Source of the DNA: Ktedonobacterales bacterium
GTDB taxonomy: Bacteria > Chloroflexota > Ktedonobacteria > Ktedonobacterales > JADMIN01
NCBI GenBank assembly: GCA_025936795.1
Contig: JAICSR010000001.1
Location: 1 to 40,831 of the forward strand
DNA: 40,831 nucleotides
Reading direction: 5' to 3'
Shown here: positions 1 through 8,592 of the stretch, one piece after another
How the letters are laid out: each line of letters opens with the position of its first letter
Numbering within the stretch: position 1 is the stretch's first letter
Notes under the pieces: model-generated
The model's input: the letters and a program-made list of their open reading frames with translations, nothing else
What the model was told of the DNA's origin: nothing
The model's database searches: none
Position numbers and translations under genes: made by a program

Positions 1-834
1 CCAGAAGCCGATCACCTCAGCATTGCGCCGCATCAGCCGCGCGGTATCCACTGCGGGCGCCTGCCCGCTCGCCTGCCCGAAGGTGATGAGCCGCCCAAAT
101 GACGCCAGCGCCGCCTCACTCTGCTTATAGACCTCGCCGCCCACTGGCTCCAGAATGACGTTCGCGCCTTTGCCGTCGGTCTCCGCGCGCACGCGTTCGG
201 TCAGTCGCTCAGTGCGATAGTTGATGAACTTGTCGGCGCCGAGCGAACGTGCAAGTTCCGCCTTCTCGTCGGCCCCCGCTGCCGCCAGAATCATCCCTGC
301 GCCGAGCAGCCGCGCCACCTGAATCGCCAGCACGCCCACGCCACCGCCCGCCGCATTGATCAGCACGCTCTCGCCTGGCGCCAGACGCGCGGAGGACTTG
401 AGCAGATGGTAGGCGGTCACGCCCTGTACGGGTAGCGCCACCAACTCCGCGTCGCTCGGCCCGGCGGGAGCTGGCGCGAGCATGCGCAGCGACGTCGCCA
501 CATACTCCGCATAGCCGCCACCCGCGCAGAGGCCGACGACTCGCGCGCCGACCCGCAGCCCATCGCTTTCCGGCGTGTCTGGGCCAAGCGCGACAATCAC
601 GCCAGCAATCTCCGAGCCGGGAATATAGGGCATCGGCGTCGCTTCGAGATAGCGGTTGTAGCGCCGTGCGATATCGGAGAAATTGACGCCAGCCGCGCCC
701 ACCTTCACCAGCGCCTCACCTTTCGAGGGTTGGGGAACTGGCGCCTGATCCAGGGTGATAACCTCTGGCCCACCCGCCGCTGTATAACGAATTGCGCGCA
801 TCGTCGTCGGCGTCGTTGACGTTGTCGAAGACAT
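1..834 (-). CDS. NADPH:quinone oxidoreductase / zinc-type alcohol dehydrogenase-like protein (MDR superfamily); C-terminus cut by window edge
   Basis: Not in the ORF track because it runs off the window. My translation from the ATG at 834 gives MSSTTSTTPTTMRAIRYTAAGGPEVITLDQAPVPQPSKGEALVKVGAAGVNFSDI...YIPGSEIAGVIVALG...LINAAGGGVGVLAIQVARLLGA. This shows a GroES-like N-domain and an AxxGxxG Rossmann motif, as in Qor-type MDR enzymes. The frame is open to base 1. Confidence 0.8.
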   Translation of the reverse strand, partial: MSSTTSTTPTTMRAIRYTAAGGPEVITLDQAPVPQPSKGEALVKVGAAGVNFSDIARRYNRYLEATPMPYIPGSEIAGVIVALGPDTPESDGLRVGARVVGLCAGGGYAEYVATSLRMLAPAPAGPSDAELVALPVQGVTAYHLLKSSARLAPGESVLINAAGGGVGVLAIQVARLLGAGMILAAAGADEKAELARSLGADKFINYRTERLTERVRAETDGKGANVILEPVGGEVYKQSEAALASFGRLITFGQASGQAPAVDTARLMRRNAEVIGFW

Positions 835-963
835 ATCTCGCTCCTTCTGGCTGCTCACTCACAACCACGTAGCGGACTGACATACGTTCTAAGCGGGCAG
901 CCAGCGCATAGGCGCTCAGAAGTAGCCAGGATACATTCCATCTGCTACCCGTTCATACCTCGC

Positions 964-2244
964 TTACGCCTGCTGCAGGTCGCGCACAGCCTGTCCCATG
1001 CGGGTAACGGCTTCTGTGAGGATGTCCGGCGACGTGGCGAAGTTCAGACGGACATGACCCGCGCCGCCGGGGCCGAAGACGTGCCCAGAGCTGAGCGCCA
1101 CGTGGGCGCGATCGAGGAACATCTGGGCGACGCCGGCGAGATCAGACACGACGGCAAGTTCGCCATGGCCGACCTCGCCGGTGAGGTCGGCTTCGAGACC
1201 GAGGCGACGGCAGTCCAGCCAAGCGAGGTAGGTGCCCTCTGGCGGCTGATACCTGATGCCCGGCAGATGGGTCGCCACCAGCTTGCCGAGGAGCGCCCGA
1301 TTCGCGTCGAGCCCGCGAATCAATGCCATCAGCCAGTCCTGCCCGTCGCGGTATGCGGCAGTATGAGCGATGATGCCCAAATGGCTCGGTCCGTGGCTGA
1401 CTTCCTCTGGCATCCTGCGCAGATCCGCTGCTGCCTCTGGTCCAGCCATCGCCAGAGCAGCCTTGAGCCCGGCGAGGTTCCAACCCTTCGAGGCCGAAGT
1501 CAGGGCGAACGCGTCCTCGGAACCCGGCACGCTCAGATACGGCGTGAACCTGGCCCCTGGTAAGACCAGCGGGGCGTGGATCTCGTCTGAGACAACCCGT
1601 ACCCTGTAGGAGCGGGCGAGCTGGGCGACAGCGGTGAGTTCCTCGCGCGTATGGACGGTTCCCGTAGGGTTGTGCGGGTTGCTGAGCAGGTAGGCGACCT
1701 TGCTGCCTTGCGCCCGCGCGCGTTGGAAGGCTGCCTCGAGCGACGCGAGGCTGATCCGGTGGTCATCTGCTAGAGGAGCTTCGACAATCCGGCGTGCGTC
1801 GTGGGAGACGAACGCATAGAAGGGCGCATAGACTGGCGGGTTGACCACGACGGCGTCTCCCGGGTCGGTGACCAGGCGCAACACCGCGACAACGCCCATC
1901 ATGACATCCGGAACGAGCGCCGTACGGGAGACCGCGAACCCATCCCACCCCCACTGCTGCGCCGCATACGCGCCAAGCGCCTCGGCGTACGCGGTTCCAG
2001 CCGGGTATCCAGTGTCGCCCGCGTCGATGGCTCGGTGCAGCGCGTCCGCCACCGCAGGCGCAAGCCTGACATCCATCTCGGCCACCCACAAGGGAAGGAC
2101 ATCCGACGGGTGGGCGCGCCACTTGATGCTGGTGCGCTGTCTCAACTGCTCAAGCGAGAGATCTTCGAGCGGATTCCACGGGATCTCCCCATCATTTGTT
2201 GGCGTTCGCGCTCCGGTTTCCACTGGTTCCTCCGACCTCAACAT
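964..2244 (-). CDS. PLP-dependent C-S lyase / class I-II aminotransferase (MalY/PatB-type cystathionine beta-lyase)
   Basis: 426-aa ORF. It carries [21 protein letters not shown] (PatB/MalY N-terminal signature), NPHNPTG, and the PLP-lysine motif [12 protein letters not shown]. Confidence 0.85.
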   Translation of the reverse strand: MLRSEEPVETGARTPTNDGEIPWNPLEDLSLEQLRQRTSIKWRAHPSDVLPLWVAEMDVRLAPAVADALHRAIDAGDTGYPAGTAYAEALGAYAAQQWGWDGFAVSRTALVPDVMMGVVAVLRLVTDPGDAVVVNPPVYAPFYAFVSHDARRIVEAPLADDHRISLASLEAAFQRARAQGSKVAYLLSNPHNPTGTVHTREELTAVAQLARSYRVRVVSDEIHAPLVLPGARFTPYLSVPGSEDAFALTSASKGWNLAGLKAALAMAGPEAAADLRRMPEEVSHGPSHLGIIAHTAAYRDGQDWLMALIRGLDANRALLGKLVATHLPGIRYQPPEGTYLAWLDCRRLGLEADLTGEVGHGELAVVSDLAGVAQMFLDRAHVALSSGHVFGPGGAGHVRLNFATSPDILTEAVTRMGQAVRDLQQA

Positions 2245-2372
2245 AGGACAGCCACGTCGACCTCAACACGCATGCGCCAGGTGGCAGCGAAGCGACGCCC
2301 ATCGCAAGCCGTGCATGGGGAACTGCTCCAGGAATCCATCTTGACGTGAATTCTGGCGAACAGCGCCGCCTG

Positions 2373-2511
2373 GCGAGCGGTTGAAACCGCGCCCCACGGG
2401 CCGCGCGGCCCACACCATTCGCCTGTGCGGACGCCCGACCTGGGCCTGGCCCCGCGCCGGGGGGTCGTGTGGCGGCCGCAGCCGCCTTCCGGCGCGGTTT
2501 CAACCGCTGGC
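2373..2511. repeat. 139-nt element bounded by 21-nt inverted repeats (candidate structured RNA or MITE-like unit)
   Basis: GCGAGCGGTTGAAACCGCGCC (2373-2393) and GGCGCGGTTTCAACCGCTGGC (2491-2511) are 20/21 complementary. The 97-nt interior is rich in short GC hairpins. The element lies in the 377-nt gap between the Nudix gene and the lyase gene. Confidence 0.4.
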
Positions 2512-2621
2512 CACGCTGCACTGTCTGAGACTTTTGCCAATCTGCCGTCCTGGCCACCCCAGGCGCAGCGCCTGGCTGCCGCCCACAGCATACCCCAGCG
2601 GCGCAGAGCATGTGGCGCCTT

Positions 2622-3194
2622 TTAGAGGGGGAGCGTGAGCGCGCCAGACACGCGCAGGCGCTCCAGCGCATCCAGCGCGACGAGCAGCGCGGGCGTCATC
2701 GGCAGCGTCGCCCGCGCAGCGAGCGCTTCCGGCCAGCTGAGCAGCTCGCCACCAGCCGTCTCGACTGGATCGAAGTGAAACGGCCCATCGTTCTGCGCGA
2801 GAAAGAGCGCCGTGATCTCCGTCTCGACCTCGGAGTGTACCAGCGCCTTGCCCAGCGGCTTCAGCGGGGCGGCGATCCCTAGCTCCTCGGTCAACTCACG
2901 CTGCGCTGTGGCCAGATAGTCGTCGCCCGAGATGACATGCCCCGACGCCGACGCGCAATAGTAACCGGGGAACAGGTCCTTGCCCGATGAGCGGCGTTGC
3001 AGCAACAGGCGTCCCGCGCTGTCGAACACCATGATCTGTACGCTGCGATGCAACAACGCTGGGTTACGGTGGGCGTCGCCCCGTCGCACCTGGCCAATCA
3101 CGTTGTCCTGCGCATCCACCAGGTCAAAAAGCTCATCGGGATTGTCAGTGGTGGGGCGCGGCTGGCTCGCTGGAGACGACGGCGGTGTGCTCAT
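2622..3194 (-). CDS. NUDIX hydrolase (IDI-like subfamily)
   Basis: Nudix box GHVISGDDYLATAQRELTEELGI (GX5EX7REUXEEXGU). Its start overlaps the upstream HAD gene stop by 4 nt. Confidence 0.85.
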   Translation of the reverse strand: MSTPPSSPASQPRPTTDNPDELFDLVDAQDNVIGQVRRGDAHRNPALLHRSVQIMVFDSAGRLLLQRRSSGKDLFPGYYCASASGHVISGDDYLATAQRELTEELGIAAPLKPLGKALVHSEVETEITALFLAQNDGPFHFDPVETAGGELLSWPEALAARATLPMTPALLVALDALERLRVSGALTLPL

Positions 3195-4057
3195 GCTGTC
3201 TCCTCCGCCTCATCGTCGGTGATGGGCGCATCTGCATCCAGCACATAGCGCTCGATGGCCAGCGCCGCGCCATCCTCGTCATTGGCGGCGGTCACAACGT
3301 CGGCTGCCTGGCGCACCTCCGGCGCGGCGTTGCCCATCGCCACCCCCAGACCCGCGTCGCGCAGCATCGAAACATCGTTGACGCCATCGCCAATCGCCAT
3401 CGTCTGCTCCAGCGGGATGCCCAGCCGCTGCGCCAGCCAGCGTAGCCCAGCCCCCTTCGAGGCGTCTGGCGAGAAGACCGTCAGCTCTGCGATGCCATAG
3501 TTGCCCAGCGGTAGAATCTGCCGCCCCACTGGCGCGTCGCTCAGCGCGTCGAGCGCGCCCCGCAGTCGCTTGATCGGGCCAAACGAGACCAGCCGCAATG
3601 GCGCGAGCTCGGCGAGACTCTCAAGCGCGACATAAGTCGCCTGTCCGCGAAAATTCGCCAGATAGGAGCGCATCCACTGCGGATGCGGCGGGTGCTCGCT
3701 CACCGCCAGTCGCTCGCCTTGCGCATCGCTATATTGCGCCACCACCTGTAGCTCGCGCGCCGCCAGCGCCGCCGCTGCGCCTTGGGCAAGCCGAGCATCG
3801 AGCGTGCGCCGCAATTGAGTCGCGCCATCGGGAAAGTTCTGCGCCAGCGCGCCATCATACAGAATCAGCGGCCCAGCCAGCTCTAGCTCCTGCGCAATCG
3901 GCGCCGCGCCCGTCCAGCGGCGCGCAGTGGCCAGCGCCACCACCACGCCACGCGCCCGCGCCTCATGGACGGCGCGCTTCACCCGCGCCGAAAGCGAGCC
4001 ATCAGGCGCGAGAATCGTCCCGTCCATATCGAGCGCTATCAGCCCAACTGCTGTCAC
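3191..4057 (-). CDS. Cof-type HAD-IIB family phosphatase/hydrolase
   Basis: HAD motif I LIALDMDGTIL and motif IV AIGDGVNDVSML with GVAMGNA. Length (288 aa) is typical of Cof-type enzymes. Confidence 0.85.
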   Translation of the reverse strand: MTAVGLIALDMDGTILAPDGSLSARVKRAVHEARARGVVVALATARRWTGAAPIAQELELAGPLILYDGALAQNFPDGATQLRRTLDARLAQGAAAALAARELQVVAQYSDAQGERLAVSEHPPHPQWMRSYLANFRGQATYVALESLAELAPLRLVSFGPIKRLRGALDALSDAPVGRQILPLGNYGIAELTVFSPDASKGAGLRWLAQRLGIPLEQTMAIGDGVNDVSMLRDAGLGVAMGNAAPEVRQAADVVTAANDEDGAALAIERYVLDADAPITDDEAEETA

Positions 4058-4575
4058 CTGCCCTGCTCTCCTTCTCGCGCCGCGTCCTCACCTACAGTTG
4101 TGTCCTCGGCGCCGCTCGCCATCCGCAGGCGCTTCATCAGCGGAGAGATCAGCGCGTAGGCGACGAGGCCAAGCGCCAGCGCCGCCGACAGTGTATAGAG
4201 CGTCGCATCGGCGCGACCGTGCCACAGTGCAAACGTCCCAGCCGCAGGAACGCCCGTCAATCGCTGGCTGGTCTCCATGCCAGAGACGAATAATTCGATG
4301 ACGCCGCTGACGATGAACCACAGCCCCACGGCGATCAACAGCGCCGCACGCCAGTGAGGGCGACGTACGCTCTGTAGCGAATGCCAGGCCAACCACGCGC
4401 CAGCGACCACCTGCCCCACGCCAAACACCAACGAGAGGATGAGATTGAGTGGAACTGAACCTATCATGCGAATATAAACCCACTTCGCGCCAACGATACG
4501 CCATCCCGAACGGATGGCAGAGCGGATGGGGAGGGCGACGCCCAGTCCCACTGATCTTGCGGCGGACGCGACCAC
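4054..4575 (-). CDS. hypothetical membrane protein (start uncertain; alternative ATG at 4467)
   Basis: The ORF has about 4 hydrophobic segments (LNLILSLVFGVGQVVAGAWLAW, ALLIAVGLWFIVSGVIELFV, ALALGLVAYALISPL). It overlaps the HAD start by 4 nt. I recognise no family motif. Confidence 0.45.
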   Translation of the reverse strand: MVASAARSVGLGVALPIRSAIRSGWRIVGAKWVYIRMIGSVPLNLILSLVFGVGQVVAGAWLAWHSLQSVRRPHWRAALLIAVGLWFIVSGVIELFVSGMETSQRLTGVPAAGTFALWHGRADATLYTLSAALALGLVAYALISPLMKRLRMASGAEDTTVGEDAAREGEQGR

Positions 4576-4676
4576 GTTGTCAACTCATTGGCCGCCCATT
4601 GACAGTTGTATGAAGCCATGGTGCGGCCTTTGCCGATTACCTCACGGGTGCGGATTGTGTTCCTGGCGCCAGGCGT

Positions 4677-4766
4677 GACCTCACCCCCTGCCCCCTCTCC
4701 CACAGGGAGAGGAGGAATCCGAGCTTGCTCCCCTCGCCTCGCAGGAGAGGGGCTGGGGGTGAGGTC
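4677..4766. repeat. REP/MITE-like 90-nt double-hairpin element, copy 1
   Basis: Outer arms GACCTCACCCCC / GGGGGTGAGGTC enclose CCTCTCCC-aca-GGGAGAGG and CCCCTC-(11 nt)-GAGGGG. A second copy with the same length and architecture lies at 25109-25198. This copy sits immediately 3' of the ecfT stop. Confidence 0.7.
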
Positions 4767-4771
4767 TAGCG

Positions 4772-5620
4772 CTATAGCCAGAGATAGACGGCGATGGTGA
4801 CGGCTGGGATGATGACCAGCAGCGTCCAATCCAGCGCCCGCAGGGGTCCCTCGTGCAGCGGTGTCGCCTCGCCCGTCACCCCATAGCCGCGCGCCTCCAG
4901 CGCCGTTGCCAGGCCATCTGCGCGTCGCAGTGCGCCCTCGGTCAGCGGCACGACTAGCGTCACCACGCCGCGCACTCGCGCCGCGACCGAGCCAGTCGTA
5001 AAGTCAGCCCCGCGCGAGACCTGCGCCTTGATGAGTTGATTCGTCTCCTGCACGAGGGTCGGCACAAAGCGCAGCGAGAGCAGCGTCATCAGCCCAAACT
5101 CATCGGCGGGCAGCCCCAGCCGCCGGAACGGGCGCAGCAGCAGCACAATCGCCTCGGCCAGGGCCACCGGGGTCGTGCTAAGCGAGAGCGCCAGTGTGCC
5201 GAGATAGAGCAGCAGGAAGATGCAGGTGGTCGAGACCGAGAACCACAGTCCGTCATAGGTCACGACCACTTCGATCGGAAACCTTACGCCATCGAAGGTG
5301 AACGCCAGCGGCCCAAATGTGCGCCAGGTCTGCCCCGTCGTCCAGATCAGGATGAACGGCACGCCTAGCGCCATCAGCAGCAGCAGCAGACGCAGCCGCC
5401 GCCAGATATAGCCTGGATTCGCCCCGCTGAGCAGCAGTGTCAGGAAGAGCAGCGCAAAAGCCAGCCCATAGACGCCATAGTGAAACTGCTTGTGGTTAGC
5501 GATGAAGAACGAGAGCGCCAGCCAGCAAAGCAGCAGCAGCTTGGTCCGCGCGCGCAGCCGATGAACCACCGTGTCGCGAGGGATAAATGACCCGACTGGC
5601 AGGTTATCCAGCATGATCAT
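4772..5620 (-). CDS. ecfT: ECF transporter transmembrane (T) component, EcfT/CbiQ family
   Basis: 282-aa polytopic protein directly downstream of two ECF-type ATPase genes. It has coupling-helix-like motifs LSLRFVPTL and ALEARGYG. Confidence 0.85.
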   Translation of the reverse strand: MIMLDNLPVGSFIPRDTVVHRLRARTKLLLLCWLALSFFIANHKQFHYGVYGLAFALLFLTLLLSGANPGYIWRRLRLLLLLMALGVPFILIWTTGQTWRTFGPLAFTFDGVRFPIEVVVTYDGLWFSVSTTCIFLLLYLGTLALSLSTTPVALAEAIVLLLRPFRRLGLPADEFGLMTLLSLRFVPTLVQETNQLIKAQVSRGADFTTGSVAARVRGVVTLVVPLTEGALRRADGLATALEARGYGVTGEATPLHEGPLRALDWTLLVIIPAVTIAVYLWL

Positions 5621-6539
5621 CTCCCTCTATGCTCTCCATGCGTGGCCGACGCCCGTCAGCCAACGCCCCGCGAGCCGAAGACTGGCGCGGAGCCAGCGCC
5701 TCGGCCAGCGCCTCCACCGTCAGACTGGCTGGCTCCGCGCGCAGCAGGCCTTGCGCACGCGCCAGCGCCGCCACCTGCGCCAGCGGCGGCGGGAGCAGCC
5801 CCACCGCCTCGATCACCTCGGTCTGGCGAAAGACCTCATCAGTTGGACCGCTCAGCGCCATCGCGCCGTCGCTCAGCGCCAACACCGTCTCAGCCAGCGC
5901 GGCCACTTCGCTCATGTCGTGCGAGATGACGATCAGCGTCAGCCCCTCACGCTCGCGCAACTCGCGCAGCGTCGCATAGATGCCCTCACGCGCCTCGGCG
6001 TCGAGTCCAGCGCTCGGCTCATCCAGCACGACGATGCGCGGACGCATCGCCAGCACGCCCGCCAGCGCCACCCGTCGCCGCTGCCCGCCTGAGAGCGCGA
6101 ACGGCGAGCGCTCCAGGAATGCGCTGTCATCAGGCAATGCCACCGCCCTCAACGCCCAGCGCACCCGCTCCTGAATCTCCTGCCGCTTCAACGACTGGCG
6201 GCTTGGCCCATACGCCACGTCCTCGCCGATCGTCGGCGCGAAGAGCTGCCCCTCCGGAAACTGGAAGAGCAACCCGACCCGCCGCCGTAGCTCGCGCAGA
6301 TCGCCGCCACGCAGGCCGCGCGGCGTCAGCTCCAGGTCGTCCACCACCACGCGCCCGCGCGTCGGGGTGAGCAGGCCATTCAGGCACTGCGCCAGCGTTG
6401 ACTTGCCCGATCCCGTCACGCCGACAATCGCCGTGCACGAGCCATCCGCCACGCGCAGGCTCACATCGTGTAGCGCTACCCGCTCCAGTGGGCTGCCAGC
6501 GTGGTAGATGAGCGACAGGCGCTCCACCAGAATCGTCAT
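5604..6539 (-). CDS. ecfA2: ECF transporter ATPase component 2 (EcfA2/CbiO)
   Basis: Walker A GVTGSGKST, ABC signature LSGGQRRRVALAGVLA, Walker B VVLDEPSAGLD. It overlaps ecfT by 17 nt. Confidence 0.85.
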   Translation of the reverse strand: MTILVERLSLIYHAGSPLERVALHDVSLRVADGSCTAIVGVTGSGKSTLAQCLNGLLTPTRGRVVVDDLELTPRGLRGGDLRELRRRVGLLFQFPEGQLFAPTIGEDVAYGPSRQSLKRQEIQERVRWALRAVALPDDSAFLERSPFALSGGQRRRVALAGVLAMRPRIVVLDEPSAGLDAEAREGIYATLRELREREGLTLIVISHDMSEVAALAETVLALSDGAMALSGPTDEVFRQTEVIEAVGLLPPPLAQVAALARAQGLLRAEPASLTVEALAEALAPRQSSARGALADGRRPRMESIEGDDHAG

Positions 6540-7402
6540 TGTGGCCGCTCCAGTGCGCGCACCAGCGCTGCGGGCGACAGCGCGTCGTTCGCCACGGGTG
6601 AGCCGAGCGCGCGCAGCCGTTCAGCCAGCCGCGCCGTATCGGGAATCACCAGCCGCAACGCGCGCAAGCGGTCGAGGTCGCTGAATGCCTGCGTGGGCGG
6701 CGCATCCAGCGCGACGCGCCCGCGATCGAGCGCGATGACGCGACCCGCAGCCGCAGCCTCTTCGAGCAGATGCGTGACGTGAATCACCGTCAGCCCGCGC
6801 TCACGGTTGAGCTGACGCAGCAGCGCCGACACCTCCACACGCGAGCGCGGATCGAGCATCGCCGTTGGCTCATCGGCGATCAGCAGCGCGGGTTCCAGCG
6901 CCAGCACGCCCGCGATAGCCAGCCGTTGTCGCTGCCCGCCCGAAAGCTCGTTCGGCGCGCGGCCATAGGCCCCACGCAGGCCCACCGCCGTCAGCGCCTC
7001 GCGCGTTCGCTGGACGATCAGAGCGTGCGGGAAGCCACGCGCCGCCAGCCCCCATCCGACATCATCCTCCACCACCGTCGCCACGATCTGATTGTCCGGG
7101 TCGGAGAAGATCATGCCAATCACCTGACGCACGCGCGCCCGATGAGCTGGCTCGGCGGTATCGAGTCCCGCCACGGTCACACGTCCGCTGGTGGGTCGTG
7201 TCAGCCCACCAATGATGCGCGCCAGCGTGGATTTGCCGCTGCCATTGTGTCCCAGCAGCGCAATGTACTCGCCCTGCGCAATCGCCAGCGAGACATCGCT
7301 GAGCGCCGCGTTCGTTGCGCCGGGGTAGCGATAGTTCAGGCGCTCCACGCAGATGTCGGCGCGCTGGGTGCGCGCATTGGCGGCGCGTGGTGAGTCCATC
7401 AC
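6536..7402 (-). CDS. ecfA1: ECF transporter ATPase component 1 (EcfA1/CbiO)
   Basis: Walker A GHNGSGKST, ABC signature LSGGQRQRLAIAGVLA, Walker B LIADEPTAMLD. It overlaps both neighbours by 4 nt. Confidence 0.85.
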   Translation of the reverse strand: MMDSPRAANARTQRADICVERLNYRYPGATNAALSDVSLAIAQGEYIALLGHNGSGKSTLARIIGGLTRPTSGRVTVAGLDTAEPAHRARVRQVIGMIFSDPDNQIVATVVEDDVGWGLAARGFPHALIVQRTREALTAVGLRGAYGRAPNELSGGQRQRLAIAGVLALEPALLIADEPTAMLDPRSRVEVSALLRQLNRERGLTVIHVTHLLEEAAAAGRVIALDRGRVALDAPPTQAFSDLDRLRALRLVIPDTARLAERLRALGSPVANDALSPAALVRALERPQ

Positions 7403-8430
7403 TCGCCCGCCTCTCTACCGCTGCCAGCCGCCTCCAACTGCGGGCCATCGCACGGCGCGCCTGAGGCGATGCGCTGCTCCGAGGGCGTGGGCGGCGCTGG
7501 CAGGCGCCCTTGCGGAGCGCGGGATTCAGCCGCCGCCAGTTCGCCACGCAGCCGCCGCTGGCGCCGTCGGCGGCCCAACGCCCGCGCCAGCCAGAACGGC
7601 CCCCACAGCGGCGCCGTCACCAGCCGCCAGAGCAGCCGCGCCAGCCAGCTGAGAGGGCTGAGGATGACGCCCACCACCCGCGCCGCGCGCCATAGCCACG
7701 GCGACGGGAACGGTCGCACATCATGCCCCAGCGCAAAGGCGGTCGTCGAGGCGACGCTGTAGTACAGCACGACCAGCGGGGCCGCTATCGCCACGACGTA
7801 CAGATAAAACATCGGAATCCAGTAGGCGAGCGAAAAGTGCGCCACCGCCGCGAAGAACGGTCGCACGCTGAGCCAGGAGGCTTTTAGGTTCAGCAGCGTC
7901 GCCGACGTGTCGAGCAGCCAGCCGACGCTGACAAGCATGTTGCGCAATTCGAGGTAGAGATCGCGCAGCGGCAGACCCAGCGCGTAGACGGCTCCGAACG
8001 CCGCCACATACGCCACCGTCGCATCAACGAATAGCCCCAGCGTGATCGCCAGCGTCGGCGACCAGCGCCGCTGCATCGCCCAGCCAATCGTCATGCCGAT
8101 GATGGCTTCCAGCGTCAGCCGCCAGCCGTAGTGCGGCCCGACCAGCACAGTCATCAGGAAGCCGCCGACGCACGCCGCGAAGAGTGTGATGCGTGCGCCA
8201 CGCCGCAGATAGAGGATGGCGAACGGGGCGGGAATCAGCGGCATGAACGCCGTGCCGAGAATCGGCACATAGATCCACGCGAGGTCGAAGACGATGCCGA
8301 CATCGGTCAGCAGCCCGGCCTCGGCCATGCTGATCGCGCTGGCCCATGGAGCGCGCGGCGCTGTCTCTGGCGCCGCGGGCGCCGCTGGACGTAGATCGGT
8401 CTGATCCGTGCTGATCGCTGGCTCTTCCAC
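7399..8430 (-). CDS. polytopic membrane protein, first gene of the ECF operon (candidate substrate-capture/S-like component, family unknown)
   Basis: 343-aa ORF with about 7 hydrophobic segments, a P/A-rich N-terminus and an Arg-rich C-terminal tail (RALGRRRRQRRLRGE). It overlaps the ecfA1 start by 4 nt. The start codon (GTG at 8430) is uncertain. Confidence 0.55.
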   Translation of the reverse strand: MEEPAISTDQTDLRPAAPAAPETAPRAPWASAISMAEAGLLTDVGIVFDLAWIYVPILGTAFMPLIPAPFAILYLRRGARITLFAACVGGFLMTVLVGPHYGWRLTLEAIIGMTIGWAMQRRWSPTLAITLGLFVDATVAYVAAFGAVYALGLPLRDLYLELRNMLVSVGWLLDTSATLLNLKASWLSVRPFFAAVAHFSLAYWIPMFYLYVVAIAAPLVVLYYSVASTTAFALGHDVRPFPSPWLWRAARVVGVILSPLSWLARLLWRLVTAPLWGPFWLARALGRRRRQRRLRGELAAAESRAPQGRLPAPPTPSEQRIASGAPCDGPQLEAAGSGREAGE

Positions 8431-8592
8431 GGCGCCTCACTTTCGCGCATGAGCAGATTCGCGTGGTCGGCCATGCGTGGCGCCACTCGGCTCGCCATCT
8501 GGTTCGTATCGGCAGCATAGCACGTTCACCGTGAACTGGCCTACCCGGCCTAGGACCCCGCGAACCTGCCCTGCTGCCGCTAACGCGTGCCG

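Noticed and set aside
2373-2511. CRISPR repeat, SRP RNA or SAM riboswitch interpretations of the GGTTGAAAC-containing inverted repeat
   Set aside because: There are only two copies, and they are inverted rather than direct with spacers, so this is not a CRISPR array. The CCGGAAGG tetraloop-like motif sits next to one arm rather than at the apex of a 4.5S-like hairpin. I found no SAM-I or SAM-IV core motifs (GAGGGA / GGCAACC).
3598-4293. 231-aa plus-strand ORF
   Set aside because: It is antisense to the HAD and membrane-protein genes. It is Ala/Pro/Arg-rich and looks like shadow-ORF translation.
4464-4829. ORFs spanning the REP-like element (4464-4829 minus, 4606-4800 plus), and 24798-25229 plus at copy 2
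   Set aside because: Their peptide sequences (…SPSPARRGE…, …APSPTGRGG…LAGEGLGVRS) are simply translations of the palindromic repeat, not genes.
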